Notes under the pieces: model-generated | The model's input: the letters and a program-made list of their open reading frames with translations, nothing else | What the model was told of the DNA's origin: nothing | The model's database searches: none | Made by a program: the position numbers and the translations under genes | Assembly: GCF_963676685.1 (NCBI RefSeq) | Contig: NC_092357.1 | Coordinates: 51,956,001 to 52,020,000 of the forward strand | Direction: 5' to 3' | DNA length: 64,000 nucleotides | DNA from: Mytilus edulis | Taxonomy: Eukaryota | Shown here: positions 40,505-54,911 of the stretch, in pieces | Layout: each line of letters begins with the position of its first letter | Numbering within the stretch: the first letter of the stretch is position 1

Positions 40505-41128
40505 AACAAGAAGCTCTGAAGAGCCTGAATCACTCACCTTGCTTTTTTTGCATTTAACTTTCGTTTAAGAGTTTAAGTGTCCAATTTAATCGTCATTTGT
40601 TTTTTTTGGTTTAATGTATATTAATAAGTGTTTGAAAATGCTGTTTTTTGTCATACTTTCTTCAAAAGCAAAGGGCAATAACTCCTTCAGTGGTCAATCG
40701 ACAGTTTTGGTTTTTTAAACTTATTTGAAGATCTTACTTTGCAAAATTTCCTTAAAAATTACCAATTTAGTCAATAGTTTCAGCAACCCAACAAAGGGTT
40801 GTAAGATTCATCTGAAAATTTCACAGCTGATACTGTGTGAATACTTTATTCCCATGTCAGATTTGCTCTAACTGCTTTGGTTTTTAAAATAAAAGCCAAA
40901 AACTGCATTTTAGCCCTATGTTCTATTTTTAGCCATGGCAGCCATGTTTTTTGATGAAACAGAAAATAAAACATAACTTTATTCTAAATACCCTAAGGAT
41001 CATTCAGCTAAGTTTGGTTGGAATTGGTTCACTAGTTTCAGAGGAGAAGATGTTTGAAATAGTTTACACCAGACAGACGACGACGACAGAAGACGATGAA
41101 CGCCAATTGATGGCTAAAGCTCACCGTT
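40505..41128 (-). mobile_element. HINE/DINE-like element in the last EGFR intron
   Basis: AACAAGAAGCTCTGAAGAGCC end, shared core, (GAC)n, AAAGCTCAC end. Confidence 0.7.
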
Positions 41129-41746
41129 CCTTTTTTTGCTTAAAAGGGGTACCATCTACAACAGTTGGGTTGGTGAGGTCACAAAAAGAGAAGCCATCAT
41201 TTGCATAGGCACATTTTGATAGTAACTAGTCATTTTGTTAATGTAGTGCTGGCTAGACATATTGTTAATTGAAAATGTTTGTTGTGAATGTGTAATGGCT
41301 GACAAATCAAACACACGCACATCTTTACCATTGCTCTGAATTGTTTTTTTTCTTTGGTTGACAGGACTCTTATCGTGAGGCCATTTGAGACTAACAAACC
41401 ATTTTAATACCATCATACGGCTCAGGGTCTTCTTAAATAGTCACTGTCTACATTTTTTTTTAACAAAGTCGGTGTAAACAAACTGCCATACAACAAGGGA
41501 GACAATCAGAAACATCCATCGATACATTATTTTCTTTTTTTGTGTTTATATATATTATAAGTATACCAAATCTAACATTCAAATTAGTTAACAAAAAGAC
41601 ATTGGTAAGTATCAAGCTCATAGTGATGTGTTTTATTTGTATATTGCGTAAAGGTGGCTTCAACAATGTTATTTGCAGATTTGTGATAGAAATGTGATTC
41701 TTTCTAAAGTGTGTGTTTCCTAATCTGTCACAGAGGCTGTGTTTAC

Positions 41747-41920
41747 CTGGGTCTTCCAGAAGGTCCATATATTTCCGTGGATGACTTGACTTTGGTTGTA
41801 GGTAATCATCTTCATCAACAGGAAGTCGTATCTTGACATCACCATTTTTGTGACGTTCATACTGACCTAATGATTTGGTGGGGTACTTTCTCTGTGGTGT
41901 CAGGATCTGTTCAGTATCCT
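41747..41920 (-). CDS. EGFR: EGF receptor exon, C-terminal tail
   Basis: EDTEQILTPQRKYPTKSLGQYERHKNGDVKIRLPVDEDDYLQPKSSHPRKYMDLLEDP; phase 1-1. Confidence 0.88.
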
Positions 41921-42460
41921 CTACAAGAATCAGATGATGGCTGTTATCATCCTTATTTTTAACTATTAAGAAATCATGACTTATTCTATGATGAACGCAT
42001 AGAAGACTTCTTTTGTTATATCTAGCTGTAAAAGGATTGTTTCACTAAAACACTGTTAAGACAATATTGAAATAAGGACAGCATCCACAACAAAAAATAA
42101 GGATCCTTGGAGACCTTCTCTGTTTTGTCTTTTTTTTCTCCAAAATTTCGTAAAAAATTGACTGCCATAATCAGAATTTGTACTCATATTTTCTAATTTT
42201 AGTAATGATGACCACTATATTTTGTTAACCACAAGTCTTAAATGGACATCATACTTATGAGTATATAAACATTTTATTTTAACAAATTTGAGCAGTAATT
42301 GGCACTTTGGGTAGTTTCCTAGAATGTTTGCAATGACCAAACATTTGATGTTGGTTAGGGTCATCAAACAACATTCTGAAGATAGTAATATATGTTTTAT
42401 TACATATTCTCAACAAGAGGATATGCAAGGAATACAAATGTCTTTGGCAGTAATTCTTAC

Positions 42461-42668
42461 CATTGTCTTGTAAAACTTGAACGGGGTCCGAACTGTATCT
42501 ACTATTGATACTATCACCTCTTCCTCGAGGGGACATTTCTCTTTGTTGTCTGGCATTCAGGGCAGAATCAAGATGAGCGTAACGTTTTTCCCGAAATGGA
42601 GGTCCACCATAGTGTCTGTTTTTATTGTCAAACATCTTTGTTCCTTCTGGTAACTCAAGTAATGGTGC
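42461..42668 (-). CDS. EGFR: EGF receptor exon, C-terminal tail
   Basis: APLLELPEGTKMFDNK...SRYSSDPVQVLQDN; the RYSSDP motif is conserved in EGFRs; phase 0-1. Confidence 0.9.
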
Positions 42669-42849
42669 CTTATAAATAAAGTGTCATAGTTAATGTATAT
42701 GAGGATAAACTAAATGCATCATCCAGGGTGTAAAAGTATTTAACAAACACACTAGAAACTTATAATGTGTTGGACCATTCTTTTTTAACCCTGTAATTAA
42801 AAGTTGAAAGGTTGAGTGCTAATTAACAACGTCTATGATTATGTATGTG

Positions 42850-43435
42850 TGTGACACCACCAAAATTCAGACTTTATTTACATGAAATATCCATTGTGTA
42901 TTAGTTTTATAAAATTTGGTTGTGATAAACTAAAGTTAAAGAACAGAAATAAAAAAATCAGCAATTTTTATATTTGTAAAGGGGCATAACTCTTCAACAG
43001 TAAGCCACCAAATTGCTAACTTTATCTGTATTTTGTTGTAACAGGTATTGTATATAAGTTTCATAACTTTTGGTTGAGAAAATCTAAAGTTAGAGAAAGG
43101 AAACGAAAAATTCTGCCATTAAATTTTTTCATTAGTGAAGGAGCATAACTCTAGAACGGTTAAAGTGACACCACCAAAATTCAAACTTGATCTGTGTTTT
43201 GTGGTTCGAAGCATTTGATAAATAAGCTTCATAGAATTTGGTAAGGAAAACTTGAAAGTCAGAGACGGAAACCAACTTTGGGTGGTACTTAAATATTTTT
43301 CCAAACTTGTTTCAGAATCCCATATTTGAACTTCATGTAACATTGTAATACTTTATTCTTGTAATTTTTCATTAATAAATACTGTTTAAACTAAGAACAA
43401 ACAAGGGTAAAACTTGATGTCCCTCCCCTACAGCA
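42850..43435. repeat. Degenerate interspersed element with ~150-bp internal units
   Basis: gacaccaccaaaattca recurs at ~42853 and ~43167; similar to 9064-9290. Confidence 0.5.
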
Positions 43436-43523
43436 CCTCAGATTCATGTGATATTAGTAGACATACCTACTTGATGCCCCTCCGCTACAGCGCCTCAGAT
43501 TCATGTGATATTAGTAGTCATAC

Positions 43524-43688
43524 CTTGATTGATACGGGAGAGACTGGAGCCTCAGCTTCATGTGATTGTGGTTGTAAGTAATCGTCTGCTTCCATGAGTT
43601 CTTCTGGTCCGTCTGCTGCAACACTCAAACTTCTGGCAAGGTCATTCTTATCATAGGAATGACTTGGTAATCTCATCAATTTGTCTCC
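43524..43688 (-). CDS. EGFR: EGF receptor exon, proximal C-terminal tail
   Basis: GDKLMRLPSHSYDKNDL...ELMEADDYLQPQ, matching the ErbB GD-x-x-M-x-LPS...DADEYL-x-PQ pattern; phase 0-0. Confidence 0.92.
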
Positions 43689-45876
43689 CTGTAATAAATC
43701 ATACACAGAACTTATATATTTGTAATGCTTCACATATTATCACATGTATTTTCTAATTTTCAATGTATTGTCTTTGAATGTTGGATAAATCCTCCTTTTT
43801 AAATATTTTGACTTAAAAGGTAAAGTAGATATCATATATATTAAACATTCAGTATTACAAAATAGTCAGATAAACTTAGCTTGCTGACAGAAACGGTATT
43901 GAAGAATACCAAGATGGTTCTTTTCATTATTTATAATTTAAACAGGTCCCAGAGTGTGATAGTATAGTTGAACATCTAATGATAATTTTATTGTAAAACT
44001 TCACAGAAAAACCATTATTAGTTGTAAATACAGGAACAATATAACATATAATATTGAAGGGATATTTTGATATTTAAAGGCAAATCAGGAACAAAATAAC
44101 TTTTAGCTGCTTTGAGTCAATGATGAAACCATTAAATCAAGTGAATCTACAGTACCTTAAAACTAAAAAATAATAGGAAATCAATCACAAATAGAATGGA
44201 GGTAAAATGAAATAAAAAGATATAATATAAAAAAGATGAATGCTCAAATTCATGCATAATTGAAAAAAAAAAGATTATATCTAGAATCAAGACAAAATTT
44301 ATATTGGATACATAAAATATTTAGGTATATGATGGGGTCTATTGTTTTCTAACCAATATGCCTACATACACTGTTTTACAAGTAACAAAATCCAAATTTT
44401 ACTGAATTGTTTTGTGCAAGAGGAAAGTATAGTTGTGAAATACCATTGAATGTATATACATGTACATGTACATTTATTCTGTCATCCAAATCATGAAATG
44501 TAGGACTTAGTGACAAAACTTATTTACAATGTATCAATATAGAAATGTATAATACTGAAGAAAGTAATATTTATTGATATACATAGTTCTAGTGATAAAT
44601 CATCATGGATTCCAAAAATGGAAACATATGACATGACAAAGTCACTCAAGCATGACCTTAGGTTAAGGTGACTTAATTGGTAATGGTAAATCATTTTTTA
44701 TTGGGTTCCACATAAGAAATCAAGTACTAAAATCTTCAGCGAAACCTCTAACTTTTTTTAAATGGGATATGGAGTTTTAACACTAAGGTGAAAAGGGCGG
44801 CTGTCAGATAACAGCTATCTAAATTTACACCAGGGCAATTAAATGCCACTGCAAATTGTCCACTCACATGGGATTGGGGTATTTCTAAACCGAGGAATGA
44901 TTGAAATGATGTAAAATAACATTCTAAAATAAGATAAAACTACATAAAGGAACACACAACAAACTGATACAATACAAACAAGAGGCTATTTGGGAACTGC
45001 AACCTATGTCACAAAAAAATTAAATCTAAGCAAACAAAAATACAACTTATCACATGTCTGTCCAAATCAAATGAATAAAAGAAAAATAAGAAGTCTATTA
45101 ACTAATACAAAGTCAGTCAACTGATGTTTTCAGGATGAGAAAATTTCATAAATCCAAATATGGGTTGATATAAATAGGACATATAATAGTGTACACCCAA
45201 GATCTAACTGCTGACTTGCGACATGTATTTAATGAATATTGCCAAGTAAAGTGTATTAAGCTTTCAAAAGTTAAATATTACTAAAATATATGACTTTTTG
45301 GTTGATAGTTATTTCTTAACTTTGTGGGTTCTAACACTGATGGGTGTATAAGGTGAGTTGTTAACAGATTTGCAGAAGCTATAGAAGCAGATTTTGTCTA
45401 CTTCAAGGAAGATTGTCAAGCTAGATGACAATTTATGTCATATGTTGTGAAACGAAAAAAATGTAAAAATTTCCATTGCTGCTGTACCTTTTACCTATTA
45501 ACCTGGTGACCTTTTTATTAAATACACAAGGAGAGGATACCTATGTATAATCTTGGATGTACAATTGATAAACATGCATATCATTATCCTTATTTGTCAA
45601 CATTTAACTCCCTGTACAACTTTATAATTCAACCAAAAATAATTCAAAATTTGCAAACTAATGTAAATAATAAAATATCCCATGAAAAGCATAATTTGTA
45701 CACATGAAGTGAAATGTTGAGAGGACAACATCAGTATATATACAATGATGTTACCTGGTGATGATGGTGTTGTACCTATGATAATAATAATAATCTATCT
45801 AGTAATATAGAACTCTCGTTCACCAGGACTGCTTCAAAAAGGAGCTTAAAATCAAAAGCATATTGAACTGGATATG

Positions 45877-46932
45877 AAAAGGGAGATACACTATCTGTGG
45901 GATAATTAAAGGGAGATAACAGTCACTATCTGTGGGATGATAATAAAAGGGAGATAACAGTTACTATCTGTGGGATAATTAAAGGGAGATAACAGTCACT
46001 ATCTGTGGGATAATTAAAGGGACATAACAGTCACTATCTGTGGGATAATTAAAGGGAGATTCACTATCAGTGGTATAATTAAAGGGAATTAACAGTTACT
46101 ATCTGTGGTATAATTAAAGGGAGATTTACTGTCAGTGGGATAATTAAAGGGAATCAACAGTTACTATCTGTGGTATAATTAAAGGGAGATAACAGTCACT
46201 ATCTGTTGGATAATTTAAGGGAGATAACAGTCCATATCTGTGGGATGATTAAAGGGAGATAACAGTTACTATCTGTGGGATAATTAAAGGGAGATAACAG
46301 TCACTATCTGTGGGATAATTAAAGGGAGATAACAGTCACTATCTGTGGGATAATTAAAGGGAGATAACAGTCACTATCTGTGGGATAATTAAAGGGAGAT
46401 AACAGTCACTATCTGTGGGATAATTAAAGGGACATAACAGTCACTATCTGTGGGATAATTAAAGGGAGATTCACTATCAGTGGTATAATTAAAGGGAATT
46501 AACAGTTACTATCTGGTATAATTAAAGGGAGATTTACTGTCAGTGGGATAATTAAAGGGAATCAACAGTTACTATCTGTGGTATAATTAAAGGGAGATAA
46601 CAGTCACTATCTGTTGGATAATTTAAGGGAGATAACAGTCCATATCTGTGGGATGATTAAAGGGAGATAACAGTTACTATCTGTGGGATAATTAAAGGGA
46701 GATACCAGTCACTATCTGTGGGATAATTAAAGGGAGATAACAGTCACTATCTGTGGGATAATTAAAGGGAGATAACAGTCACTATCTGTGGGATAATTAA
46801 AGGGAGATAACAGTCACTATCTGTGTGATAATAAAAGGGAGATTTACTGTCAGTGGGATAATTAAAGGGAATCAACAGTTACTATCTGTGGTATAATTAA
46901 AGGGAGATAACAGTCACTAGTATCTGTGGGAT
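45877..46932. repeat. 35-bp minisatellite with a ~410-bp higher-order duplication
   Basis: Unit aattaaagggagataacagtcactatctgtgggat; the same variant series starts at 46021 and 46431. Confidence 0.95.
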
Positions 46933-47770
46933 ATTTATAGGCAAATTCACTTAATGTATCTGTTGGATATGTAAAGCATATCCACAAACAGAATACACTT
47001 TATTGTAACTTCAATGTCAGTTTTTCTGACTTTTGTGATGATTTGGATTTTTTTTAAGATAAAGTAACTTCCTAATTGGACATTCTAGTTGTCTAACTGG
47101 TTTCTGTTTAGCAGTTTTAGAGGATTTGTATGCATACATGTACATATATTTGAAATCAACAAATAAATAAAAATATTCTATCTGGACTTGAAGTTTTTGA
47201 AATAAAGACCACCAAACCATTTTCTGAGGACAAACTGTTATGACAATAATAGTCTTTTTATTACAACATATAACATTTAATTTGTCCATATATAATCACT
47301 AACAATTAAACTTATAATTCCTTCACCAATGATGGTCTAGTAGAAGTTTGGTGTACAGTAAAACCTCAGTGTAATGTTATATAGGGATTCTGTCAGGCAA
47401 AAGGTCAATTATTCTTACAGAGAGAGGGTGAGGGACTTTTTTTCAGAGATATTACAAGGATTTGAGTGGGAATTTACAAAGGTTTTACTGCACATAAGGT
47501 TTTTGCATCACAAGCTAACATTAAGTTTTATTTACTGATTTTTTCAAAATTCAAAAAAATAAATTGTACTTATAAAATCTTTTTTGATTGTTCAGCAAAA
47601 AAACTTCTACTATACATAATATATACTTGTTACTAGCAGAATTAAAAATAGACATGCTGTTATATTCATACAATGTTTTTTATTGACTACACAGACAGAG
47701 CACACATAAAACATAGTCATGCCCAAGATAACAGGGCATGCATGACTCATGCCCGGGGCATTCTGTATAC

Positions 47771-47872
47771 CTCTGTCTGATCTGCTTCGACACCAGAATC
47801 TATTTCATTAGTAAAAGCGAGTAAAGGTGCATTTTTTTCAGGTTCATCTGGGATTTTCTTGTTGACATCTCC
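47771..47872 (-). CDS. EGFR: Candidate alternative EGFR exon after the kinase domain
   Basis: 102 nt, no stops, phase 0-0, pyrimidine-rich tract and acattag acceptor, GAG|gtatac donor. Translates GDVNKKIPDEPEKNAPLLAFTNEIDSGVEADQTE. Confidence 0.45.
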
Positions 47873-48315
47873 CTAATGTTGTAAAGCAAGAAATTGTGAT
47901 GAATGTTTGGAATGTGCAGAGAAAGCAATAATTTATCCCCTTTAACCCTAGTAACCTCTAGCTAAATATAAATGTCAACTATTGTCCCTGTAGACATACA
48001 AGATTTAAGGTAATTCAGTCAGAACTAAGGTTTTAATTCCTATCTATTTCTTCCTAATTCAAATATTCTGAAGGATTTTTTTTCCTCAACAATATGAACT
48101 TGTTAAAAGTGTAATTATAAATATAAAAATTTGATACATATTAATTTCTGAATCCAAGTCTTTTCATGATCTAAAAAATTGAATTAAAATGACTTTTGTC
48201 CGACTAAAATTTTCCAAAAGATTAACTTGTATCACATAGAATGTGATAGGCCGATACAAAAGTGACTAAAAGAAAATAAACATAATAAGTGTGTGATGAA
48301 TGCTGCTGTATTTAC

Positions 48316-48413
48316 CTGTATAACAAGGTATCTACCAGGATCTCTCGCCATCTTGGCAAACTCGTCTGCAAGTTCTATAAAACTTGGTCGACTTTCAGCA
48401 TCCAACATCCAAC
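48316..48413 (-). CDS. EGFR: EGF receptor exon, end of kinase domain
   Basis: [33 protein letters not shown]; donor CAG|gtaaat; phase 1-0. Confidence 0.96.
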
Positions 48414-48621
48414 CTAAAATACAATTAACAATTATATTCAAGGCTTTTAGCACAGTATGATTGTTTTTAAAAATCTGAAGTCATAAGTTTTTTTGGGGAA
48501 TTAAGGGTGTACTCAAACCGTTTAAGCTGATTAGTTTCTTGACAGTGTGTTGTTTATTGTATTGTTGTCTTTGTTCATGCTTATAATTTTTATCCTTATT
48601 ATACATTACATGTAAACTTAC

Positions 48622-48768
48622 ATTTGATCATAATCATATAGACATCAATAGTACAGATATTTGGTTGTGGAAGTCTTTCTCCCTTCTCTAAGATTTCTGG
48701 TACATTTCGAGCTCTCACATGTTCATATGGTTTCTGTCCATATGTAAATAATTCCCAAATTGTCACTC
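48622..48768 (-). CDS. EGFR: EGF receptor exon, kinase C-lobe
   Basis: [16 protein letters not shown]...[23 protein letters not shown](C); phase 1-1. Confidence 0.96.
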
Positions 48769-48846
48769 CTAGAATATAAAAGAGCATCACCATAAAAAAT
48801 CTGAGTTAAAAAAAATAAATGAAAAGCTAAAGAACATTTTAAAATA

Positions 48847-51800
48847 GTCTGAGACACAACAGTTGGACAGTTGAATGGATAAGATTGTAGATAGACTTAA
48901 CCAACCTTATCTCTGAGACACAACAGTTGGACAGTTGAATGGATAAGATTGTAGATAGACTTAACCAACCTTATCTGTCTGAGACACAACAGTTGGACAG
49001 TTGAATGGATAAGATTGTAGATAGACTTAACCAAACTTATCTCTGAGACACAACAGTTGGACAGTTGAATGGATAAGATTGTAGATAGACTTAACCAACC
49101 TTATCTCTGAGACACAACAGTTGGACAGTTGAATGGATAAGATTGTAGATAGACTTAACCAACCTTATCTCTGAGACACAACAGTTGGACAGTTGAATGG
49201 ATAAGATTGTAGATAGACTTAACCAACCTTATCTCTGAGACACAACAGTTGGACAGTTGAATGGATAAGATTGTAGATAGACTTAACCAACCTTATCTCT
49301 GAGACACAACAGTTGGACAGTTGAATGGATAAGATTGTAGATAGACTTAACCAACCTTATCTGTCTGAGACACAACAGTTGGACAGTTGAATGGATAAGA
49401 TTGTAGATAGACTTAACCAACCTTATCTCTGAGACACAACAGTTGGACAGTTGAATGGATAAGATTGTAGATAGACTTAACCAACCTTATCTCTGAGACA
49501 CAACAGTTGGACAGTTGAATGGATAAGATTGTAGATAGACTTAACCAACCTTATCTGTCTGAGACACAACAGTTGGACAGTTGAATGGATAAGATTGTAG
49601 ATAGACTTAACCAACCTTATCTCTGAGACACAACAGTTGGACAGTTGAATGGATAAGATTGTAGATAGACTTAACCAACCTTATCTCTGAGACACAACAG
49701 TTGGACAGTTGAATGGATAAGATTGTAGATAGACTTAACCAACCTTATCTCTGAGACACAACAGTTGGACAGTTGAATGGATAAGATTGTAGATAGACTT
49801 AACCAACCTTATCTCTGAGACACAACAGTTGGACAGTTGAATGGATAAGATTGTAGATAGACTTAACCAACCTTATCTGTCTGAGACACAACAGTTGGAC
49901 AGTTGAATGGATAAGATTGTAGATAGACTTAACCAACCTTATCTCTGAGACACAACAGTTGGACAGTTGAATGGATAAGATTGTAGATAGACTTAACCAA
50001 CCTTATCTCTGAGACACAACAGTTGGACAGTTGAATGGATAAGATTGTAGATAGACTTAACCAACCTTATCTCTGAGACACAACAGTTGGACAGTTGAAT
50101 GGATAAGATTGTAGATAGACTTAACCAACCTTATCTCTGAGACACAACAGTTGGACAGTTGAATGGATAAGATTGTAGATAGACTTAACCAATCTTATCT
50201 CTGAGACACAACAGTTGGACAGTTGAATGGATAAGATTGTAGATAGACTTAACCAATCTTATCTCTGAGACACAACAGTTGGACAGTTGAATGGATAAGA
50301 TTGTAGATAGACTTAACCAATCTTATCTCTGAGACACAACAGTTGGACAGTTGAATGGATAAGATTGTAGATAGACTTAACCAATCTTATCTCTGAGACA
50401 CAACAGTTGGACAGTTGAATGGATAAGATTGTAGATAGACTTAACCAACCTTATCTCTGAGACACAACAGTTGGACAGTTGAATGGATAAGATTGTAGAT
50501 AGACTTAACCAACCTTATCTCTGAGACACAACAGTTGGACAGTTGAATGGATAAGATTGTAGATAGACTTAACCAACCTTATCTCTGAGACACAACAGTT
50601 GGACAGTTGAATGGATAAGATTGTAGATAGACTTAACCAACCTTATCTCTGAGACACAACAGTTGGACAGTTGAATGGATAAGATTGTAGATAGACTTAA
50701 CCAACCTTATCTCTGAGACACAACAGTTGGACAGTTGAATGGATAAGATTGTAGATAGACTTAACCAACCTTATCTCTGAGACACAACAGTTGGACAGTT
50801 GAATGGATAAGATTGTAGATAGACTTAACCAACCTTATCTCTGAGACACAACAGTTGGACAGTTGAATGGATAAGATTGTAGATAGACTTAACCAACCTT
50901 ATCTCTGAGACACAACAGTTGGACAGTTGAATGGATAAGATTGTAGATAGACTTAACCAACCTTATCCTCTGAGACACAACAGTTGGACAGTTGAATGGA
51001 TAAGATTGTAGATAGACTTAACCAACCTTATCTCTGAGACACAACAGTTGGACAGTTGAATGGATAAGATTGTAGATAGACTTAACCAACCTTATCTCTG
51101 AGACACAACAGTTGGACAGTTGAATGGATAAGATTGTAGATAGACTTAACCAACCTTATCTCTGAGACACAACAGTTGGACAGTTGAATGGATAAGATTG
51201 TAGATAGACTTAACCAACCTTATCCTCTGAGACACAACAGTTGGACAGTTGAATGGATAAGATTGTAGATAGACTTAACCAACCTTATCTCTGAGACACA
51301 ACAGTTGGACAGTTGAATGGATAAGATTGTAAATAGACTTAACCAACCTTATCTCTGAGACACAACAGTTGGACAGTTGAATGGATAAGATTGTAGATAG
51401 ACTTAACCAACCTTATCTGCAGCACAGACAGACTAATGGATAAGATTGTAGATAGACTTAACCAATCTTATCTCTGAGACACAACAGTTGGACAGTTGAA
51501 TGGATAAGATTGTAGATAGACTTAACCAATCTTATCTCTGAGACACAACAGTTGGACAGTTGAATGGATAAGATTGTAGATAGACTTAACCAACCTTATC
51601 TCTGAGACACAACAGTTGGACAGTTGAATGGATAAGATTGTAGATAGACTTAACCAACCTTATCTCTGAGACACAACAGTTGGACAGTTGAATGGATAAG
51701 ATTGTAGATAGACTTAACCAACCTTATCTCTGAGACACAACAGTTGGACAGTTGAATGGATAAGATTGTAGATAGACTTAACCAACCTTATCTCTGAGAC

Positions 51801-54800
51801 ACAACAGTTGGACAGTTGAATGGATAAGATTGTAGATAGACTTAACCAACCTTATCCGCAGCACAGACAGACTAATGGATAAGATTGTAGATAGACTTAA
51901 CCAATCTTATCTCTGAGACACAACAGTTGGACAGTTGAATGGATAAGATTGTAGATAGACTTAACCAATCTTATCTCTGAGACACAACAGTTGGACAGTT
52001 GAATGGATAAGATTGTAGATAGACTTAACCAACCTTATCTCTGAGACACAACAGTTGGACAGTTGAATGGATAAGATTGTAGATAGACTTAACCAACCTT
52101 ATCTCTGAGACACAACAGTTGGACAGTTGAATGGATAAGATTGTAGATAGACTTAACCAACCTTATCTCTGAGACACAACAGTTGGACAGTTGAATGGAT
52201 AAGATTGTAGATAGACTTAACCAACCTTATCTCTGAGACACAACAGTTGGACAGTTGAATGGATAAGATTGTAGATAGACTTAACCAACCTTATCTGCAG
52301 CACAGACAGACTAATGGATAAGATTGTAGATAGACTTAACCAACCTTATCTCTGAGACACAACAGTTGGACAGTTGAATGGATAAGATTGTAGATAGACT
52401 TAACCAACCTTATCTCTGAGACACAACAGTTGGACAGTTGAATGGATAAGATTGTAGATAGACTTAACCAACCTTATCTCTGAGACACAACAGTTGGACA
52501 GTTGAATGGATAAGATTGTAGATAGACTTAACCAACCTTATCTCTGAGACACAACAGTTGGACAGTTGAATGGATAAGATTGTAGATAGACTTAACCAAC
52601 CTTATCTCTGAGACACAACAGTTGGACAGTTGAATGGATAAGATTGTAGATAGACTTAACCAAACTTATCTCTGAGACACAACAGTTGGACAGTTGAATG
52701 GATAAGATTGTAGATAGACTTAACCAAACTTATCTCTGAGACACAACAGTTGGACAGTTGAATGGATAAGATTGTAGATAGACTTAACCAACCTTATCTC
52801 TGAGACACAACAGTTGGACAGTTGAATGGATAAGATTGTAGATAGACTTAACCAACCTTATCTCTGAGACACAACAGTTGGACAGTTGAATGGATAAGAT
52901 TGTAGATAGACTTAACCAACCTTATCTCTGAGACACAACAGTTGGACAGTTGAATGGATAAGATTGTAGATAGACTTAACCAAACTTATCTCTGAGACAC
53001 AACAGTTGGACAGTTGAATGGATAAGATTGTAGATAGACTTAACCAATCTTATCTCTGAGACACAACAGTTGGACAGTTGAATGGATAAGATTGTAGATA
53101 GACTTAACCAACCTTATCTCTGAGACACAACAGTTGGACAGTTGAATGGATAAGATTGTAGATAGACTTAACCAACCTTATCTCTGAGACACAACAGTTG
53201 GACAGTTGAATGGATAAGATTGTAGATAGACTTAACCAATCTTATCTCTGAGACACAACAGTTGGACAGTTGAATGGATAAGATTGTAGATAGACTTAAC
53301 CAACCTTATCTCTGAGACACAACAGTTGGACAGTTGAATGGATAAGATTGTAGATAGACTTAACCAACCTTATCTCTGAGACACAACAGTTGGACAGTTG
53401 AATGGATAAGATTGTAGATAGACTTAACCAACCTTATCTCTGAGACACAACAGTTGGACAGTTGAATGGATAAGATTGTAGATAGACTTAACCAACCTTA
53501 TCTCTGAGACACAACAGTTGGACAGTTGAATGGATAAGATTGTAGATAGACTTAACCAAACTTATCTCTGAGACACAACAGTTGGACAGTTGAATGGATA
53601 AGATTGTAGATAGACTTAACCAACCTTATCTCTGAGACACAACAGTTGGACAGTTGAATGGATAAGATTGTAGATAGACTTAACCAACCTTATCTCTGAG
53701 ACACAACAGTTGGACAGTTGAATGGATAAGATTGTAGATAGACTTAACCAACCTTATCTCTGAGACACAACAGTTGGACAGTTGAATGGATAAGATTGTA
53801 GATAGACTTAACCAACCTTATCTCTGAGACACAACAGTTGGACAGTTGAATGGATAAGATTGTAGATAGACTTAACCAACCTTATCTCTGAGACACAACA
53901 GTTGGACAGTTGAATGGATAAGATTGTAGATAGACTTAACCAACCTTATCTCTGAGACACAACAGTTGGACAGTTGAATGGATAAGATTGTAGATAGACT
54001 TAACCAACCTTATCTCTGAGACACAACAGTTGGACAGTTGAATGGATAAGATTGTAGATAGACTTAACCAACCTTATCTCTGAGACACAACAGTTGGACA
54101 GTTGAATGGATAAGATTGTAGATAGACTTAACCAACCTTATCTCTGAGACACAACAGTTGGACAGTTGAATGGATAAGATTGTAGATAGACTTAACCAAC
54201 CTTATCTCTGAGACACAACAGTTGGACAGTTGAATGGATAAGATTGTAGATAGACTTAACCAACCTTATCTCTGAGACACAACAGTTGGACAGTTGAATG
54301 GATAAGATTGTAGATAGACTTAACCAAACTTATCTCTGAGACACAACAGTTGGACAGTTGAATGGATAAGATTGTAGATAGACTTAACCAACCTTATCTC
54401 TGAGACACAACAGTTGGACAGTTGAATGGATAAGATTGTAGATAGACTTAACCAACCTTATCTCTGAGACACAACAGTTGGACAGTTGAATGGATAAGAT
54501 TGTAGATAGACTTAACCAATCTTATCTCTGAGACACAACAGTTGGACAGTTGAATGGATAAGATTGTAGATAGACTTAACCAACCTTATCTCTGAGACAC
54601 AACAGTTGGACAGTTGAATGGATAAGATTGTAGATAGACTTAACCAACCTTATCTCTGAGACACAACAGTTGGACAGTTGAATGGATAAGATTGTAGATA
54701 GACTTAACCAACCTTATCTCTGAGACACAACAGTTGGACAGTTGAATGGATAAGATTGTAGATAGACTTAACCAACCTTATCTCTGAGACACAACAGTTG

Positions 54801-54911
54801 GACAGTTGAATGGATAAGATTGTAGATAGACTTAACCAACCTTATCTCTGAGACACAACAGTTGGACAGTTGAATGGATAAGATTGTAGATAGACTTAAC
54901 CAAACTTATCC
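48847..54911. repeat. 64-bp satellite array, ~6.1 kb, about 95 copies, in an EGFR kinase intron
   Basis: Unit ctctgagacacaacagttggacagttgaatggataagattgtagatagacttaaccaaccttat; copies are near-identical. Confidence 0.98.
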
